Position numbers and translations under genes: made by a program. 64,000 nucleotides of DNA, taken from contig NMRA01000316.1 of NCBI GenBank assembly GCA_002633005.1, positions 395,052 through 459,051 of the forward strand, given 5' to 3'. This DNA comes from Phoronis australis (Eukaryota > Animalia > Phoronida). Positions 26,151 through 39,938 of this stretch are shown here, one piece after another (position 1 is the stretch's first letter; the number at the start of each line of letters is the position of its first letter). Below the pieces are notes generated by a model. That model made no database searches. It worked only from the letters and a program-made list of their open reading frames with translations, and was not told the origin of the DNA.

Positions 26151-28872
26151 CACCCCAGCCAACCCGCGATCGAGAACGCCCGGAAGGCGATCGAGAACGC
26201 GACCTTACACCAAAAATGGCAGACGACAGAGAAGTACCCGGTGAGTTTAAATGTCATTTTCTTCTTAAAATAGAGGCTCCTTTGGTACCAATGCAACACA
26301 CCGAAAAGCGCCAGAGCTTAGCCTTTGTTATGGATCTGAAACGATACTTGGCTTTTGCTATTTTTTTGAAATAGAGATCGCAGAATTCAATGCCTTTCTG
26401 TAAAATGCCTTGCGTCTCGTAAATTCGTCAATTTCTACTTGTTATTAGCAATTCCTGGGTTCTTCAGTAGGGACGTGTGACGTTTATAGTTAAGTCGTCC
26501 CTGGTGACACCTTTGTTAGTTAGAATTTGTGGAAAATTTCGAGATATCTACCGATGCAAGGAGGTCCTTGTGTGAGACGGCAATCGGGAACGAAGCTGTT
26601 AATTCTCCATGGCGATCGTGAACTCAGAAAATGCGATCGTGAACGCACATTTTTTCTCTGCATTTTCCTGAATAATCGTTCAAGTAATGGTGTTATATCA
26701 ATAATTTTGGAATAATACGACCATGAATTAGTTGACGGATCGATTGTGTGTTATACTTTCACCATTTTTCATGATTTCTGTGTGAGATTTAGCCTCACAA
26801 ATATGATTAAATGCGTTTGATTTTTCAGTTGAGCTTTAGCCACGCGACGAGTCCTTCAGAGCGTTAACGTACACGCTTTCAAAAAGAATAGCACAACTGC
26901 TGCATGTGACAAAGGGCTGTGTATGCATATATGTTGTGGAGCTTCGTTCAGGAAGTAACCTTTTTGTATAACCACATGACAATAAAACACAGTGACACTC
27001 AGCCGCAAGCAAGAAATTTATCAGCCCTGTGTTGCATGGGGCAAGATTTTTTTACCGCATAAGAAAACACAATATGAAGCATAGTGCTCAGGAACCAAGT
27101 TGATTCAATGCCCTATCTGCGATCAATGTTTCTGGGAAAGAGTAAGCCTGAGGACACTCCTTGTCGTGAATGTGTCATGCAAAGAGTATGCCTCCTTCTA
27201 CAGACATGAGAACCAGAATCGCAATGAATAAAATTGTTCAGTGCAGTAGTGAAAGTTGTTAAGTCACGAAACTTTATTCAGATTTACAGAGTTTATGGTT
27301 GGTAGTTGTCTGATGTGATACTATTTTGATGTTTTGTTTTGAACTTTTAACAGAACCAGTGCATTTTTGCAGTGTTTGGGTATATTTAAATGGCCATACT
27401 ATGTGTCATTAGGTGATACATGCATACAGTTGTTGTGAACGATTAGTATTTTAATAGAAAACTATATGTCTGCCATGATTGTAGAAATTGTTTTCATATT
27501 GTTGTTCATTTAATGTGAGAGTTTTGTAGTATGAACCGGCCCGAAATAGCTTGTCTATGATTCAGTGATGATTTAGTCTAACACATTCCAAAAATACATG
27601 TAATTCGCAGAAAACTGATGTACACTGGATTTGTAATGTTGATTTCCCTAAAGCAATATTTTATATCTTTTTTCTGTATGACCTATTTTGAGGTATGTGT
27701 GATAGAAGGTTAATAATATAGAATTGCTTTAATGTTGTTGTTGTTGTTGTTGATTTCCTGTGTAATTACTACATTGTGTCTTGAAGTGATATTAAAGACA
27801 ACATTTTAACTACGTTGTTATGAAAATCACAAAATAGTTTGTGTAGTATAACTCGTCAAACTCTTTTTCAATGTCACATTAAACTGGAGATCATGAACTG
27901 AACATGCACTCAGGACCAAGACTACAAAACAGAAGAGTCAAACAAAAGGTACTATATAATGTATATCCAAGCCACACCTGTGCCACAAGTCAATCTGTTC
28001 ATCTCTGTATCATAATATCAGTAAAACATGAAACAAAATAACACCCGTTTTATCAGCGAAACAGTTAACACCATTTCTGGCATTTTTTTAAATCCCAGAC
28101 GTTCATGAGCGGTAATCTTTGAATCATATCACGAATGGTGTTGCCGCACTCTTCTCGCTCTCCACAGGCACGCTCATCATCATTCTTTAACTTCACTGGC
28201 GTATTTGTTTTTTTCCTTTTGCTATCACAATCTTGCAAGAAGATTCGACACTCGCTTTCATCTTCATCAACAATTTGTTTACTTCTGACTTACACGCCAC
28301 ATGGAACAATTGCTGGGTGAGTCTTTGTTTAGAACCCCTTGATTTCGTCTAAAAGTATGTGTCTGTATTACAAAACCCTGGTAGGGTGTACTTATTTTGT
28401 AACTCTTTTCACGTTTTATAAGTAAAAAGTTCATAACTGTTCGGCACACCACGATGCGTTCTCGATCGCATAAACAAAACAAAAGTTTGCGTTTCCGATC
28501 GCTTATCTTTGCGTTCTCGATCGCATCTTTCAACAGAAAAGTGTCGAAAAATCAGAGATCCTGACAAAATTACGAAAAACAAGATTTAGTGCCAAAAATA
28601 ACAGCAATTTGCCAAAATGACATGCAAAGCACCTTTGACTCAAGCGATGCTTCGTTCAACGTTATTTTTCTCCAATAATTGGAATAGACACTAGCCTAAA
28701 CCTCTACCTACCCTTCCTCAATGTGTTACGCCTTGAACTCATGTCTCTGTTTTCACATTGGAAGTAAAAACAACGTAAATTCATCAAATTTACTCACCTT
28801 GCCTGGCTTCTCGCAATAAATTTCGCTCTCGATCGCCTTCCGGTCGTTCTCGATCGCGGATTGGCCGGGGTG
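26151..28872. mobile_element. 2.7-kb DNA transposon with CAC...GTG termini, ~49-bp TIRs and a near-perfect 5-bp TSD (Transib/CMC-like); degraded C2H2 zinc-finger ORF
   Basis: Left CACCCCAGCCAACCCGCGATCGAGAACGCCCGGAAGGCGATCGAG versus the reverse complement of the right end CACCCCGGCCAATCCGCGATCGAGAACGACCGGAAGGCGATCGAG. Flanks GTAGG/ATAGG. Superfamily assignment is inferred. Confidence 0.8.
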
Positions 28873-31538
28873 ATAGGGGTCATGGTGGACTATTTGTTTT
28901 CAAACAAACGAAGTGAGTTTAGAACTGTTATCACCGAAAACGTCTTTCGAGCGTATTCAACCAATATTTGGTTTGAATATTGTATGCTTTAATGGCCCTG
29001 CATTGTCAAATGAAGGATCATCTGACGATGATACTGTGATGGGACACTGGCAGTGGATACTAACGCTTCCTTGCTGGTAGGCGTGACGTAATACCACCTA
29101 GGCCTGTTACATCAACTTCCGAAGTTTACAATCTCTTAAAATATATCTACATGATCAAATACCACCTAAGCTCTATCGTGATACTAAAATAACGTAACTA
29201 CTGGACAAATAATAGCAAATACGTATTTCAACACTCGACTAACGGAAAAAAATGACACCTTATTTTTTTTTCGTTAAACTTTTCGCAACTCCACCACTTT
29301 TCAAACGAATTGCAAACTATTAAAAAGCCCTTCATCAGTTCTTGACGTTGCACGTTTATATCAGAAGCAAAATATAAATAATTTACGTCATAAATAAATA
29401 TTTCAAATACCTTGCAGGTTCTAAACAGCAAGAGTGTTAGCAAAATGCGAAAGATGATAGAATGTAATAATGAAGTCGTTCATGTACGAATTCGCTGATT
29501 AATTAAATAATTAACTGTATGTTGAGTCATTCAGGGTACAGGGAAATGAACCAGACGGTTAGGTAAATGACTAATTAAATCAGCAGCGAAATAGTTCCAA
29601 TTCTAAGATTGCTACATGGACTTGAAGAGGTATTGCATCAACACTCTACTACGATCGACGGTAACTAGAATTTACAACTTTTTAATGTTTACATTTCTCT
29701 CAAGACTTATATTTCATCCGGGGAGAACTCACATAAACGGACAAGGTATGCGGAACGCCACTCTGAAGGTCAGTCCACCCCATTCAGCAATAATACCGAA
29801 ATTGATTTTTCTGGTCGCAAAAATAATAATGTCCATTTAATGCCGCTGTAAAGAAACATTTAGACAAGCAAATGAAGTTAAAGAAAAGTACATACATTTT
29901 CATTATGGATTTTAAGAAATCGGATATAGGTATGACGTTCTATTTGATTTCGTTGTAACGAGTCTTTCGTGGCTGTGATTAGTTTGAGTTTGTCGGCAAA
30001 AGCTTGGTTAATTGTTTTTGACGTCATTTTCTACAAAGGTAGGCCACTATTGCGCAACAGGTTAACTTTCCAACTACATCAAACTAAAGCTAAGATTAAA
30101 GCGTAATCTACATTTTTAAAGCTTTGGTTAAAGATCGCTCATGTTTGACATCATGAAATCGCTCCCCGCAATTATTTCAGGCTGGTTAGCCCTGTGTCCA
30201 AGAAACTGTATGGGAGGGTTAGGTTTTTAGAATTAACCCACCCACAAAACGGTCGTGTTCGTAGACAAAACTACGGAAAGTGACTTTTTCACGGAGACCC
30301 TACACGTTGGTTTCTTTTTCGCCTCTCTCGGTGGATGCATATTCTTATTTTCCATCTGCACCTTCCCGCCGTGTACACCCTTTAAATATTCTCCCCAAAA
30401 GTCGTCAAGCAACGGCATACTATTGGACCTGCTGAACAGGTCGTAGTGACTCGTTAAGTGATATGATGCCCCACAGATAGATCAACCCGGCCTCAATGAC
30501 GGAATGTACATGTACGTGATAACCAGGCCAATCTCTCTCAAGATTTGGGTCAACGCGACCTCGAGATGCAACGCGCCAATTCTGGCCAAAAAACATGCCT
30601 CAAAGTGACACAGTAGTCCACGGCGTGGGCTTCTGTAATCAAATTCAGTTGACCGAACACGTTGTGAATTACCCCCTTTGTGTAAAAATTCTTTTGACCG
30701 CGGTGAACCAAACTTGAACGTGCAGGGACCTTTGGATCATTTGAATCCTGGCCGTATCGTTCGAGCCAGTCTTATCAAACAGTGTGTTGTTTCGGCCAGG
30801 GATGCAGAAACCACGATCGAAGGGCAACTTTATTACGAGAATATTCTGTTCACGGACTTATCAGATTACGCAGCTCTATAGTCTTAGGTTTTCCGTTTTG
30901 CCGATATCGTAGTCAGAAACATGTTCGGTTGTGGCACACCGGTGGTGAGGGGTGCTTAATCAGGGTTGTGTCACAGTGAGGCAATTCACATTGAACAGTA
31001 AGCAAATACACAGGCCTACCTGTAGCAGCGCAGATCGGAGACAGTTTGCGGTAAAGCAGACCTAATTAATGTGCGAGTTCAAAGAGGTCCTACTGTTACC
31101 CCAGACGAGTCACTTATTCAACTTCAAGATGTACACACATCGACCCCAGTGTCGTAAGTGAACAAAACAAGCCCAGTTCATCAACAGAATACGACCCCGT
31201 CTATTGTCCTACACACGCAACGGTGTCTCTATTGAAAATTTACCCAAAGGTATATAATGGAATGTCAATACGTGGCACTGCGGTTGTGACATCGCTGCCA
31301 TCCAAGCATGCAATGTGTTTTACCTGCAAACATCAGAAATCCGAATGTTTTTAATTTAACACTCTTAAAGTACGAAGAAGACAGGTGGGATTTGAAAGGC
31401 CTACCTTGGTAAAAATCCTCTGCCGTGTGACAATCAGTTCCATGCATGTAACTAAATGGGCGGTTATGTGCACGCTAAGCAAGCGAAAGACAATTGTTAT
31501 GGAAGACCCTCCAGGCATTTTACAACAGTTTGGTGGAA

Positions 31539-31698
31539 CAGGAGCGGATCCAGGATTTTGAGTTGGGAGGGGGCAGGGCTGAGTATTAGACAGGATTTTG
31601 CCCGGGTCAGACATTCGCACCCTCGAATTGCCGCCAAATGGAATCTGGGAGAATTTTAGGGGGGCATGACCCACTTCGCTCCTCTAAATCCGCCACTG
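31539..31698 (-). mobile_element. MITE family 1 copy
   Basis: Reverse orientation, perfect 5-bp TSD TGGAA/TGGAA. Confidence 0.8.
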
Positions 31699-32555
31699 TG
31701 GAAGATTAAGTTTCATAGCCAACTCCTGAGGCCAAAAGAGCTGCTTTGAGTTACGCAACTGTCTGGGTCATGGTACGCGTTATGTCTGTTGAATTGCACA
31801 CGTCGTGAAGTTTCTCCACAAGAAAGTGTACAAGCAGAACACAATTGCGCTGGTTTCGTAGCATTCACCTTTTAAATTAATGTAACTCCTCTCATATTTG
31901 AACAACATTTGTTCATTCCAAGTTTCTGAAACGTATTTCCTAGACGTCTTTATAACCAAATCGGACATTTGAGACGCATATTACGTCACTGTCTCCCGCT
32001 GAGGACCAGGCTCAAAATCTGTACTGACATCAATCAAGGCTGATCGCTCCCAAACTTATCACAAGCTAGGAACCTAGTTGCAAGAAATCTGCTATTTCTA
32101 AAAATCTTTAGACTTGTGACGATGAATTTCTCATTGACGTGAATTTGCATGATCTGCACCAAATATTCCCAGGCTGAATGAAACTTGAGCACAACTATTT
32201 GGAGGGCGATATTCCAGTCACCGCCTAAGTACGATAAAAATGTGTGAAGAACAGCAAAACACCTCGGCCTGGCACAAAAGGATTTTGTGCTGAATTCTTT
32301 GATTTTTCTGGAGCTACATATCTGTGTTCCTGACTTGATCCTTCAATTTTAGCTTCAAGTGAGGTTTTATGCCCTCGAGTCGGGTTCCATGTGTGATTTC
32401 TATTACACCGAAAGTAATACAATAAAACTTTGTCAGCTCCTCACGCAGGCTTGGTAATAGGTGTCTGGATTTCACTATTTTCAAAACGCCTGTCGCCTAC
32501 CGACTAGAGCGACGTCTTTCGTGAAAATGGCACATTTGTGTAGTTATCATGTTGA

Positions 32556-34260
32556 AGGAGAATGCCACCCAAAACACAACCTATCTTGTATCAATGTAGA
32601 TAGAGTAGTTCTACTCGACAACGGCACGTTCGGTTGCGTTACCTGACACCAGACGGCAGACGGAGGTGTTGAAATTATCCAATGACGTAATTGGTTTCAC
32701 ACGCAGTCTGTTCAGCAGTTCACAACAGGGGTTACTGGTGTCAGCTTATCGCTTGAATTAATCGTTTAACACCAATAAATCATCAAACTTCGATGTAAAA
32801 CCCTTAAAAATACACCGAGTTCTTATAAAAACGTGTTGTTTTAATTCGCTGTTACGGATTTACTGGTATTTGGACACACCGTAGCCTACAAAGTTCGGCA
32901 AGCCAATTTACCAAGGTCCGTAGTGCTGAGGAGTTAGGTCTGTTCGGAGATAAATTCGAAGTATTCTTCCGTGAAATACAGACAGGAGAACCTACATCTG
33001 TGCTGTTATACTTGTGATTCGAAGTAAATTAGTTCTAAACACACAAAACGCTTGTCATCCCAGCCGGTGACTCGGAACCCGATCAGGCCCGTCGCGGCTG
33101 GACTGACTCGTTATCCCGGCCAGTGGCTTGGAACCCGATCACGCCCGTCGCGGCCGCCGGGACTGGCACGAACATAAACCGGCTTGATTTGGAAACTAAA
33201 CCTCCAGTCACGAAAAGACTATAATAGTGAGCCAAAGAAATAATGTGTACGTAATTATTTATGTGAATTAGCCACGAAACTGAAAATCTACTTACTCTTC
33301 GGGGCCGCGATGTCGGGTTCCCCTTCCACAGACCGTCAGGGCAAAGGTTGTACAGTAACAGTGATTTGAATAATGTATTTGTATTTCTAAATAAAGATTC
33401 CCCTAACATGTGACCATAGCATATTAAATCGAGTAATTGTTTCACAACAGCTTTCTGTCAGCAAACACTGAATTAGCATGAGCTCACACGGCCTCGGTGC
33501 CCGGTCAATTACCTTTGTTGCCGGCATCAAAAGCAGGTAACGCAATGGTTTATTAATTGCTGGCTTCTCAAAACATTTGCACTCACGAGCACTCCAATGC
33601 ATTAAAAATTGTGTCTAATGAGACAGACTTTGTTTCAGTTTCATATATAAGCATTGGTTAGGATGAGAATAATTCATTTTGAAACAGAACTCAGAATAAT
33701 AAACGTCTACTAATAAACGGCAACTCGCCCCGCCCCAATCCCGACTTAATCAAGAGCTCAGGCGACGAAGACTTCACAGGTCGGATCGTTAGGTTTCACA
33801 CACTGATCAATAAATACTAGAGAGGCGCCGTGAGCCTGCACAGGCAACGGAACGTATGGATGTTTGTAAGCCGAAATTCGTCAGAGAAATCACTGTCGAC
33901 GAAATTCCGGCCATAGACACGGAGATGTTTCACAGCCTCATACTTGCTATTAACAGCCTACCTTTCATTCTTCACTACAGCAAGCCACTTCCTAAGCATT
34001 TCGGGCTCTCGAGGAAGTCGAAAAAACGATATACCCGCTTTCTTCGCAGCTTCATTGTTCGGACAAGCGGGAACGATGCACCACAACATAGCGGCATTCA
34101 CTCTGCAAACGAACCACTGACGTCGCTTCTTCGTTTCTCACCTTCCTCACAGGTTAACGCGACACCTGTCGGCAAGGTGAGGTCGACCGTATAAGAGGCA
34201 ATGTGGATTTAAACCGATTAAGAGGGTAAAAAAGACTAATGAAATTGGGTGGCACTCTCT
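32556..34260 (-). mobile_element. Kolobok-like non-autonomous DNA transposon (copy A) carrying a THAP exon
   Basis: Degenerate TIRs AGGAGAATGCCACCCAA / TTGGGTGGCACTCTCT with TTAA-like flanks. Homologous in inverted orientation to segments of 43758-46470. Confidence 0.75.
33962..34089 (-). pseudogene. THAP zinc-finger N-terminal exon inside Kolobok-like copy A
   Basis: MLWCIVPACPNNEAAKKAGISFFRLPREPEMLRKWLAVVKNE followed by a GTAGGC donor; CxxxxC...F..P...W THAP pattern. Confidence 0.8.
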
Positions 34261-34965
34261 AAACCAGTCACTAGTTGTGCACCATTTGTACGCAATAAAA
34301 TACCATGGTATAATACAACAATTAACAGAATTGGTTTACTTAAATGTTTTAATTAATTTTAAGGATACAGTCAGTTCCCACCAAAATATGAAATTATACT
34401 AGATTTGTTCATCTAACTCATTGAATACCAAACTAAAGCATACAATATGTGTTGAATGATGGCTGATCTGGCAGTGGCAAATTCAAATCGTTCCTATATT
34501 ACAGTACCAGTCCCTAACCAAAACAGGAAAGGTCATTTAATGAAAGAAGTTGGTAGTACATGCAGAAATTTTAACATTTTCCACACATAAGTATTGCTCT
34601 TTACGCCATTTTGGCGTTGAGTAACTCTGTGAAAAAATATGTGAAAAGATGTCTATTTAAGGGCGTAGAGGCAGACCTTAAAAAACGCGGGTTGTGTAAC
34701 ACCACTAATTCAAAGGTTGAAGGCGATTGGTACATGGACATCAGATAGTGGACAATGTAACCAGTTTTGAACCCAATTTTTCCACATTATTCTTTTTTCG
34801 ATTCATAACGGAACAAGTTTAGTAAGCATGGCTTCGTCCCAGTCAACGCCGTTTTAATTTGAAAAGGCAGCTCTTTTCTTTGCGTTCTCAAAACAAACTC
34901 TCTGTCCACATTTTTTTCTTTTTTTTCTAGGCAGAAGCGTAACCTTTTCTCATTCGTCAGCGTTG

Positions 34966-35018
34966 CGGTCGGATGCCGGTCGGCTGCCGGTCGGCTGCCG
35001 GTCGGCTGCCGGTCGGCT
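34966..35018. repeat. Short tandem repeat (CCGGTCGGCTG) x ~4
   Basis: An 11-bp unit is directly visible. Confidence 0.85.
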
Positions 35019-37046
35019 ATTTTGCTGACCGGTCGTCGACTCGATTCCAACCAGTTGGACAGAGAGTGATTTTTGCCTGCTACATGAATTTGAAGCCATT
35101 TTCGTTCTGGTTAAAGAAAAGCACGGGAATAAGTGGGTGCATCTGCATTACTAGTTCAAGTAGCACGTGATCTACTTTCATGGCCCCCACCCGAACATCT
35201 CTCCACCTGTGTGTTATTTTCACTTGATGCGAGGTTATTTTGAGCATGCATATTTAAACAAATCAGCGACTAGAGCTAATATCGACAAGAAGGCTGTGGA
35301 GTTCGAGTTTCCTAGATCAGACATGGTGCCATTGGACTATAATGGTTGTATTATCGCTAAAGCAACGCTAGACCAGCTCTTCCTGGTTAGCCTCGTTTCA
35401 GTCCTTCCAAAAGATATGTTGTGCATATGCAGCGTGCGATTCATTTCGAAAGTATGGCTGTTAATCGCCGCGCGCAATGCCTGAAACGTTGATGAAATAA
35501 TCCCCAAGATTGAAGGAAATTTGAAATAGAAACAAAAGGAGTTGGATGAAGAACTTTTTGGAGCTCAACTAAAGCTGAATATATAACACCACCAGGATCT
35601 GAAAATCTAGTTAGCGAATTAGGCGGAGGATTGACACGCTACAACTCACGCACGAGGTACCCACTCGTTAACGCTCAACGAACGTGTAGTTAACGTAATC
35701 TGTAATTGATGTGTATTAGATGAGAATGGCATTCTGACGACACACATTTAATCCAGATAATGCCTCGCGAACAACAGGTATTAATAATGTTAACGATGAC
35801 GCTCGTACATGAAAGTGTGTTGCTCGTTTTGAAGCACGTCGATCGAGTTCTCGACCTCCAGCAAAGTCTTTGTAATTAGAATTTCGCCCGTAATAGCTGG
35901 AGCAAAAACAATCGAGTATCAAAGACATTCTGATCTGAATATTTCCCTCGTCACTCTGCGTGTCGTTCTTCAGTCTTCGCATTTAAAGCTGCAGTTTTCT
36001 TTACTCAGGATAGGTTTTATTTAATGGATAATTATCAGGTCGTTATTTCGGTGGTCTTTAGATCTATGAGCTTCAACACTTGGTTCATGATACACTTTGC
36101 TCCACATGATAATTTTATTTTGTTCAATATATGCGTCACATCCATTTATTCATCTGACCATGCAAACAGAGACGTCGCTATTCAATGATTAAAAAAGTTT
36201 TGGTGATTACAGCCAAGGCCTTGTTCTGACCCCTGCTATAATGCATCTTCTGCGTCTCACCTGAGTGACAAAAGCAGGTTAGAGTTTTGCAGACACAAGG
36301 ATCTCGATCACTGGGAAAGCTAGTTTGGTTACGTGCTTTGCTTTCAATACATGGCGAAGTCTTCCAATTTCTTGTTTCCAGCAAGAAACTTAGTTTACAC
36401 ACCATGAGTCAACCAAAATACTTACTCACTGCGAATGGGTCACAAAATGGATGTCGTGGTTATTGGTGAGTGGTGTTTCACTACATTGTCGTGTAACCCA
36501 CGCAAAGAACAGGTCACGTCTGCCTCTTTAGCAGACTTTTAAAGAGTTTTCATTGCTCCATACTGCTGAGGGTTGACGAGAGTTACAGAGCATTGTTGCG
36601 TTTTGGACAGGTTGGTGATGATTTAAAGACGTTGTTAACATCTTTCCATAGGCCAAAACCGGGTTTAGTATCCTGTTAGTAGTTTAACAAGTTAAAAATT
36701 AGATTTCTGCAATATAGTCGATTTTTTTAATGTCACCTGTATTCGAGTAAGCATTTGTCTTTCGACTAAAATTCTAATCTCTCTAGTTTCTTATTCCCAT
36801 TATTATAGCAGCTTGTTATCATATTCTTCATAACCGATGCACAGCTAATTTACTATTTATATAAAAGATATGCGCTAACTGCAACATCCAATCAAATTGA
36901 TGTGTTAGTATACGTACTCAGTAGAGACCTCGTGGTCATCCATCAGGTGACGTACTGACGTTTAAACTTTCATCTAATTATAATTGTAGCTTATCTTATC
37001 GGAAAAGCAGACTCCACGTTTTTAGAAATTTCTAATAGAAATCGAA

Positions 37047-38009
37047 ATGCTGAGTTCAGCAAACATTTCAGACCCAAGTGACAAAGTGGAGCTTAAGGGC
37101 CGAGGCATAGAAGCCGCGACACTGTTCGTCACGTCGACGGCAATCATCGTATGTGACTCTATAGCCATACCCGTGTTGTTGAAAATGAAGTCCAGCTTGA
37201 CGGAAGTCACGACGCACTTCATGGTAGCTCTTTTCGCAAACGATTTGGTGGCTGGAGTTATTTATCTCTCGTCAGTATTTGTCACAACGTTTTGCATGGA
37301 ATATCAAGGAGGGGTGATCGCATGTGTAGTTATCGGATATTTTTCCTCCGTTGCTGGAACAACATCTTTGCTGTTAACCGTTTTAGTGAACGTGGACAGA
37401 TTCTACAAAGTGGTGAAGCCGTTCAACTATCCTACCATGGTGACTAGAAGAAAGTGTTCCTTTAGCATCGTGATCACTTACGTATTTGCGTTCAGCTTTC
37501 ACACGCTGCCTTTCATGGTAACCGGGTGGCACCACTACGGCTTCGACGAAGGCGGCTTCCTATGCACGTACGAGCTCGAAAACAATCTCCATTTCGTTCT
37601 TCTCACAATTCTCGTTGTTTACTTCCCCTTGTCTGTTACAATGGTTTACATTAATACCGTAATATTCAGGCTCGCACGCGCTCATTTCAGACAGATTAGT
37701 GCTATGGAGGAAGCTGCACAACAGGAAACATTTGCTGATAGATTCAAAATGATAAAGACAACGGGTCTAATTGTTCTTACATATTATCTTGGTCACGTTC
37801 CCATGATTGTGGTCGAGTCATACCACGGTATCTGTTTCATGATCGGCCAACCCGTGGACGTATTGCAAGGAGTGGAATTCGTTTGCCGTTGGATTGTTTG
37901 CGCAACAAACGTTGCCAATTTCGTAGTGTACTTGTTTGCAATGTCAGAATTTCGTTCCATGTTGACAGAGGAAATCCAACGTATTTTTTTAATATCAAGC
38001 GCACAATGA
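37047..38009 (+). CDS. Intronless orphan class A (rhodopsin-family) GPCR, 320 aa
   Basis: Seven hydrophobic segments; TM2 LFANDL; TM3 Cys and VDRF..VVKPFNY; ECL2 Cys; TM5 Pro and Tyr; TM6 GHVP; TM7 NFVVY followed by helix 8 EFR. Confidence 0.93.
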   Translation: MLSSANISDPSDKVELKGRGIEAATLFVTSTAIIVCDSIAIPVLLKMKSSLTEVTTHFMVALFANDLVAGVIYLSSVFVTTFCMEYQGGVIACVVIGYFSSVAGTTSLLLTVLVNVDRFYKVVKPFNYPTMVTRRKCSFSIVITYVFAFSFHTLPFMVTGWHHYGFDEGGFLCTYELENNLHFVLLTILVVYFPLSVTMVYINTVIFRLARAHFRQISAMEEAAQQETFADRFKMIKTTGLIVLTYYLGHVPMIVVESYHGICFMIGQPVDVLQGVEFVCRWIVCATNVANFVVYLFAMSEFRSMLTEEIQRIFLISSAQ

Positions 38010-38241
38010 CAGGTAGGCTTATTTAGTGAAAAGCACACGTAGTTCAAAACAATGATGTGGTGGGGGATAGACGCATGCACGGAACCTATTTCCCTAGCGT
38101 AGGCTTAAACTCACCAAGTGATGACTTAGTACCGATACCTGACTCTGATACACGCTGCTACGGCTTCTTTCGTCGCACAGCTTGAAAAGGCGAAGGCAGG
38201 TTGACAAAAAGAGTTTATATAACATTTTGTAATCAGTACAC

Positions 38242-38515
38242 CATGCGCACACCCAGCCTAAAATATAGGGAGGCTCGAACTTTTAGAATATGTGAACCTC
38301 AGTTTTACTGAAAGAAATCAAAGAGGACTAAAAAAAAACAGGGCCACTGGGTCCAGGCCCACGAACCGTGCATCCGCGCCTAATTTCCGTGGATTTCGTG
38401 GACTTTTGTCTCGTTTACTCGGACGTTTTGTTCAATGAGGGGGACCTTTTGCCCAATTCGCCAAACTAAGGGGCTCGATCGAGTCCCCCGATCCCCCCCC
38501 CTGGTTTCGCCCATG
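38242..38515 (-). mobile_element. MITE family 2 copy
   Basis: CATG termini, perfect 5-bp TSD TACAC/TACAC. Confidence 0.8.
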
Positions 38516-39798
38516 TACACATGAGTGTACAGCGCTACAGTGTATGTACACAATACTGGTCCACCTGCGTCTTCTACTGTACTTGGGTCGCTTGCCTTGG
38601 TAAAACTAAATGAGCTGAAAATGTAACATGACGGTGGGTAGGGAGGCACAAATTACATGCATCGTACTTGACTTCACTCTCGTCAATTTTTTTCAATCTC
38701 TTTGATGCCAATCACTGTTTACAACAGAATAATATAAAAAACAGGTAAGTCGATCGGCAAATGCACCCGCGGCAAATGCCAATCGTGCGATCTCACAGAA
38801 CTAGGTCGATACAAGGTGACGCTACATGTAGATTTTAAGCTTTTGAGTCAGAGATTATTAGGGTTGGCCAACCTTGAAATTGCGGGTTCGAGGATAGCGC
38901 ATATACGCACTGTCTGTGGCATGAGTTGAAAAACTATGAGAACAGCTGCGGAAATCGCTTTCGCATATTATATCCAATCTGACATCAGTTTTTTGCGGTA
39001 ATAGGTCTAAATTAAAGGTTAGGGTTATGGACGCAGAGGATTTATAGCCACCGTAAAAATATATTTACATTTCTTTTATTTTCCTTTTCGAATGAGTAAA
39101 ACAGTGACAGCTTGGAAATAGGTAATTAGGATTGTAGTCCTCCTCGCCTGGCGGACCGGAAAATAATATCAACCGGTCCTCATCAGCTGCACCCCCTCTG
39201 ATCGAGGCTCCCCCTTCGCCACCAAATTGTCACACCGGATATAGCGATTTCCGCTACCACTGAGTTTTTGACACTTCACTTCCACTAGTAGAACAATTGT
39301 CCTGTTGCCCTCTCCCCCTTGTCACAACGACCTTTGAAGGGTCCATAGGTGACGACGAAACGGTGCCCCTATTTCGCTCAATCATGTGGTCCCTTATTGC
39401 ATCTTCAATGGATTGCTCTCCCAGTTGCCACAACTCTGAAAAATCCACTTTTGTGGATGCGAGATGGGACCCCTGTTTTGCGCGGGGTCTCAAGCAGAAA
39501 CGCATAGTTTTGAAATCATTATAAATACCAAATCCCTTTGGGGTTGAACGTATCCACGCCCATTTGATCTTGAATTATTGCCGAATGAGTCAGCAACTCA
39601 AGTCACAGGCAATACGTACATGCACAGTGTTTGAGTTGGCCAATTCAGTAAACGCTGAAATGTTTTTTTTTGAGTCGTCAATGGTCTTGTTGGTTACGGA
39701 AAAAGAATTCTGGCACAGCAAGAACCAGGGGTGCGAAAACCCAAGAACGCGCTAGAGATATCACATAGTATCACTTAGCACGTGATCACACCTAACCA

Positions 39799-39938
39799 GG
39801 CGTGCGTTCAGTAAGGCTAGGACCTAGCTAAAATCTAGTCAAAGTCACATGTTCTCATTCAAAATATACGGCAATGTCTCACGTAATCTCGCGAAGTCTT
39901 GCGTTTTAGCGAGGTCCTAGCGCTACTGAACGGGAGGC
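39799..39938 (-). mobile_element. MITE family 3 copy
   Basis: Reverse-complement match to 18062-18210. Confidence 0.75.

Noticed and set aside
37047-38009. GPCR as an opsin partnered with the carotenoid oxygenase
   Set aside because: Position 7.43 is Cys, not the retinal-binding Lys.
39150-39570. Coding-like GC-balanced stretch (similar ones at 30400-31250 and 35167-35484)
   Set aside because: No recognisable family and interrupted frames; a TBLASTX search would be needed.
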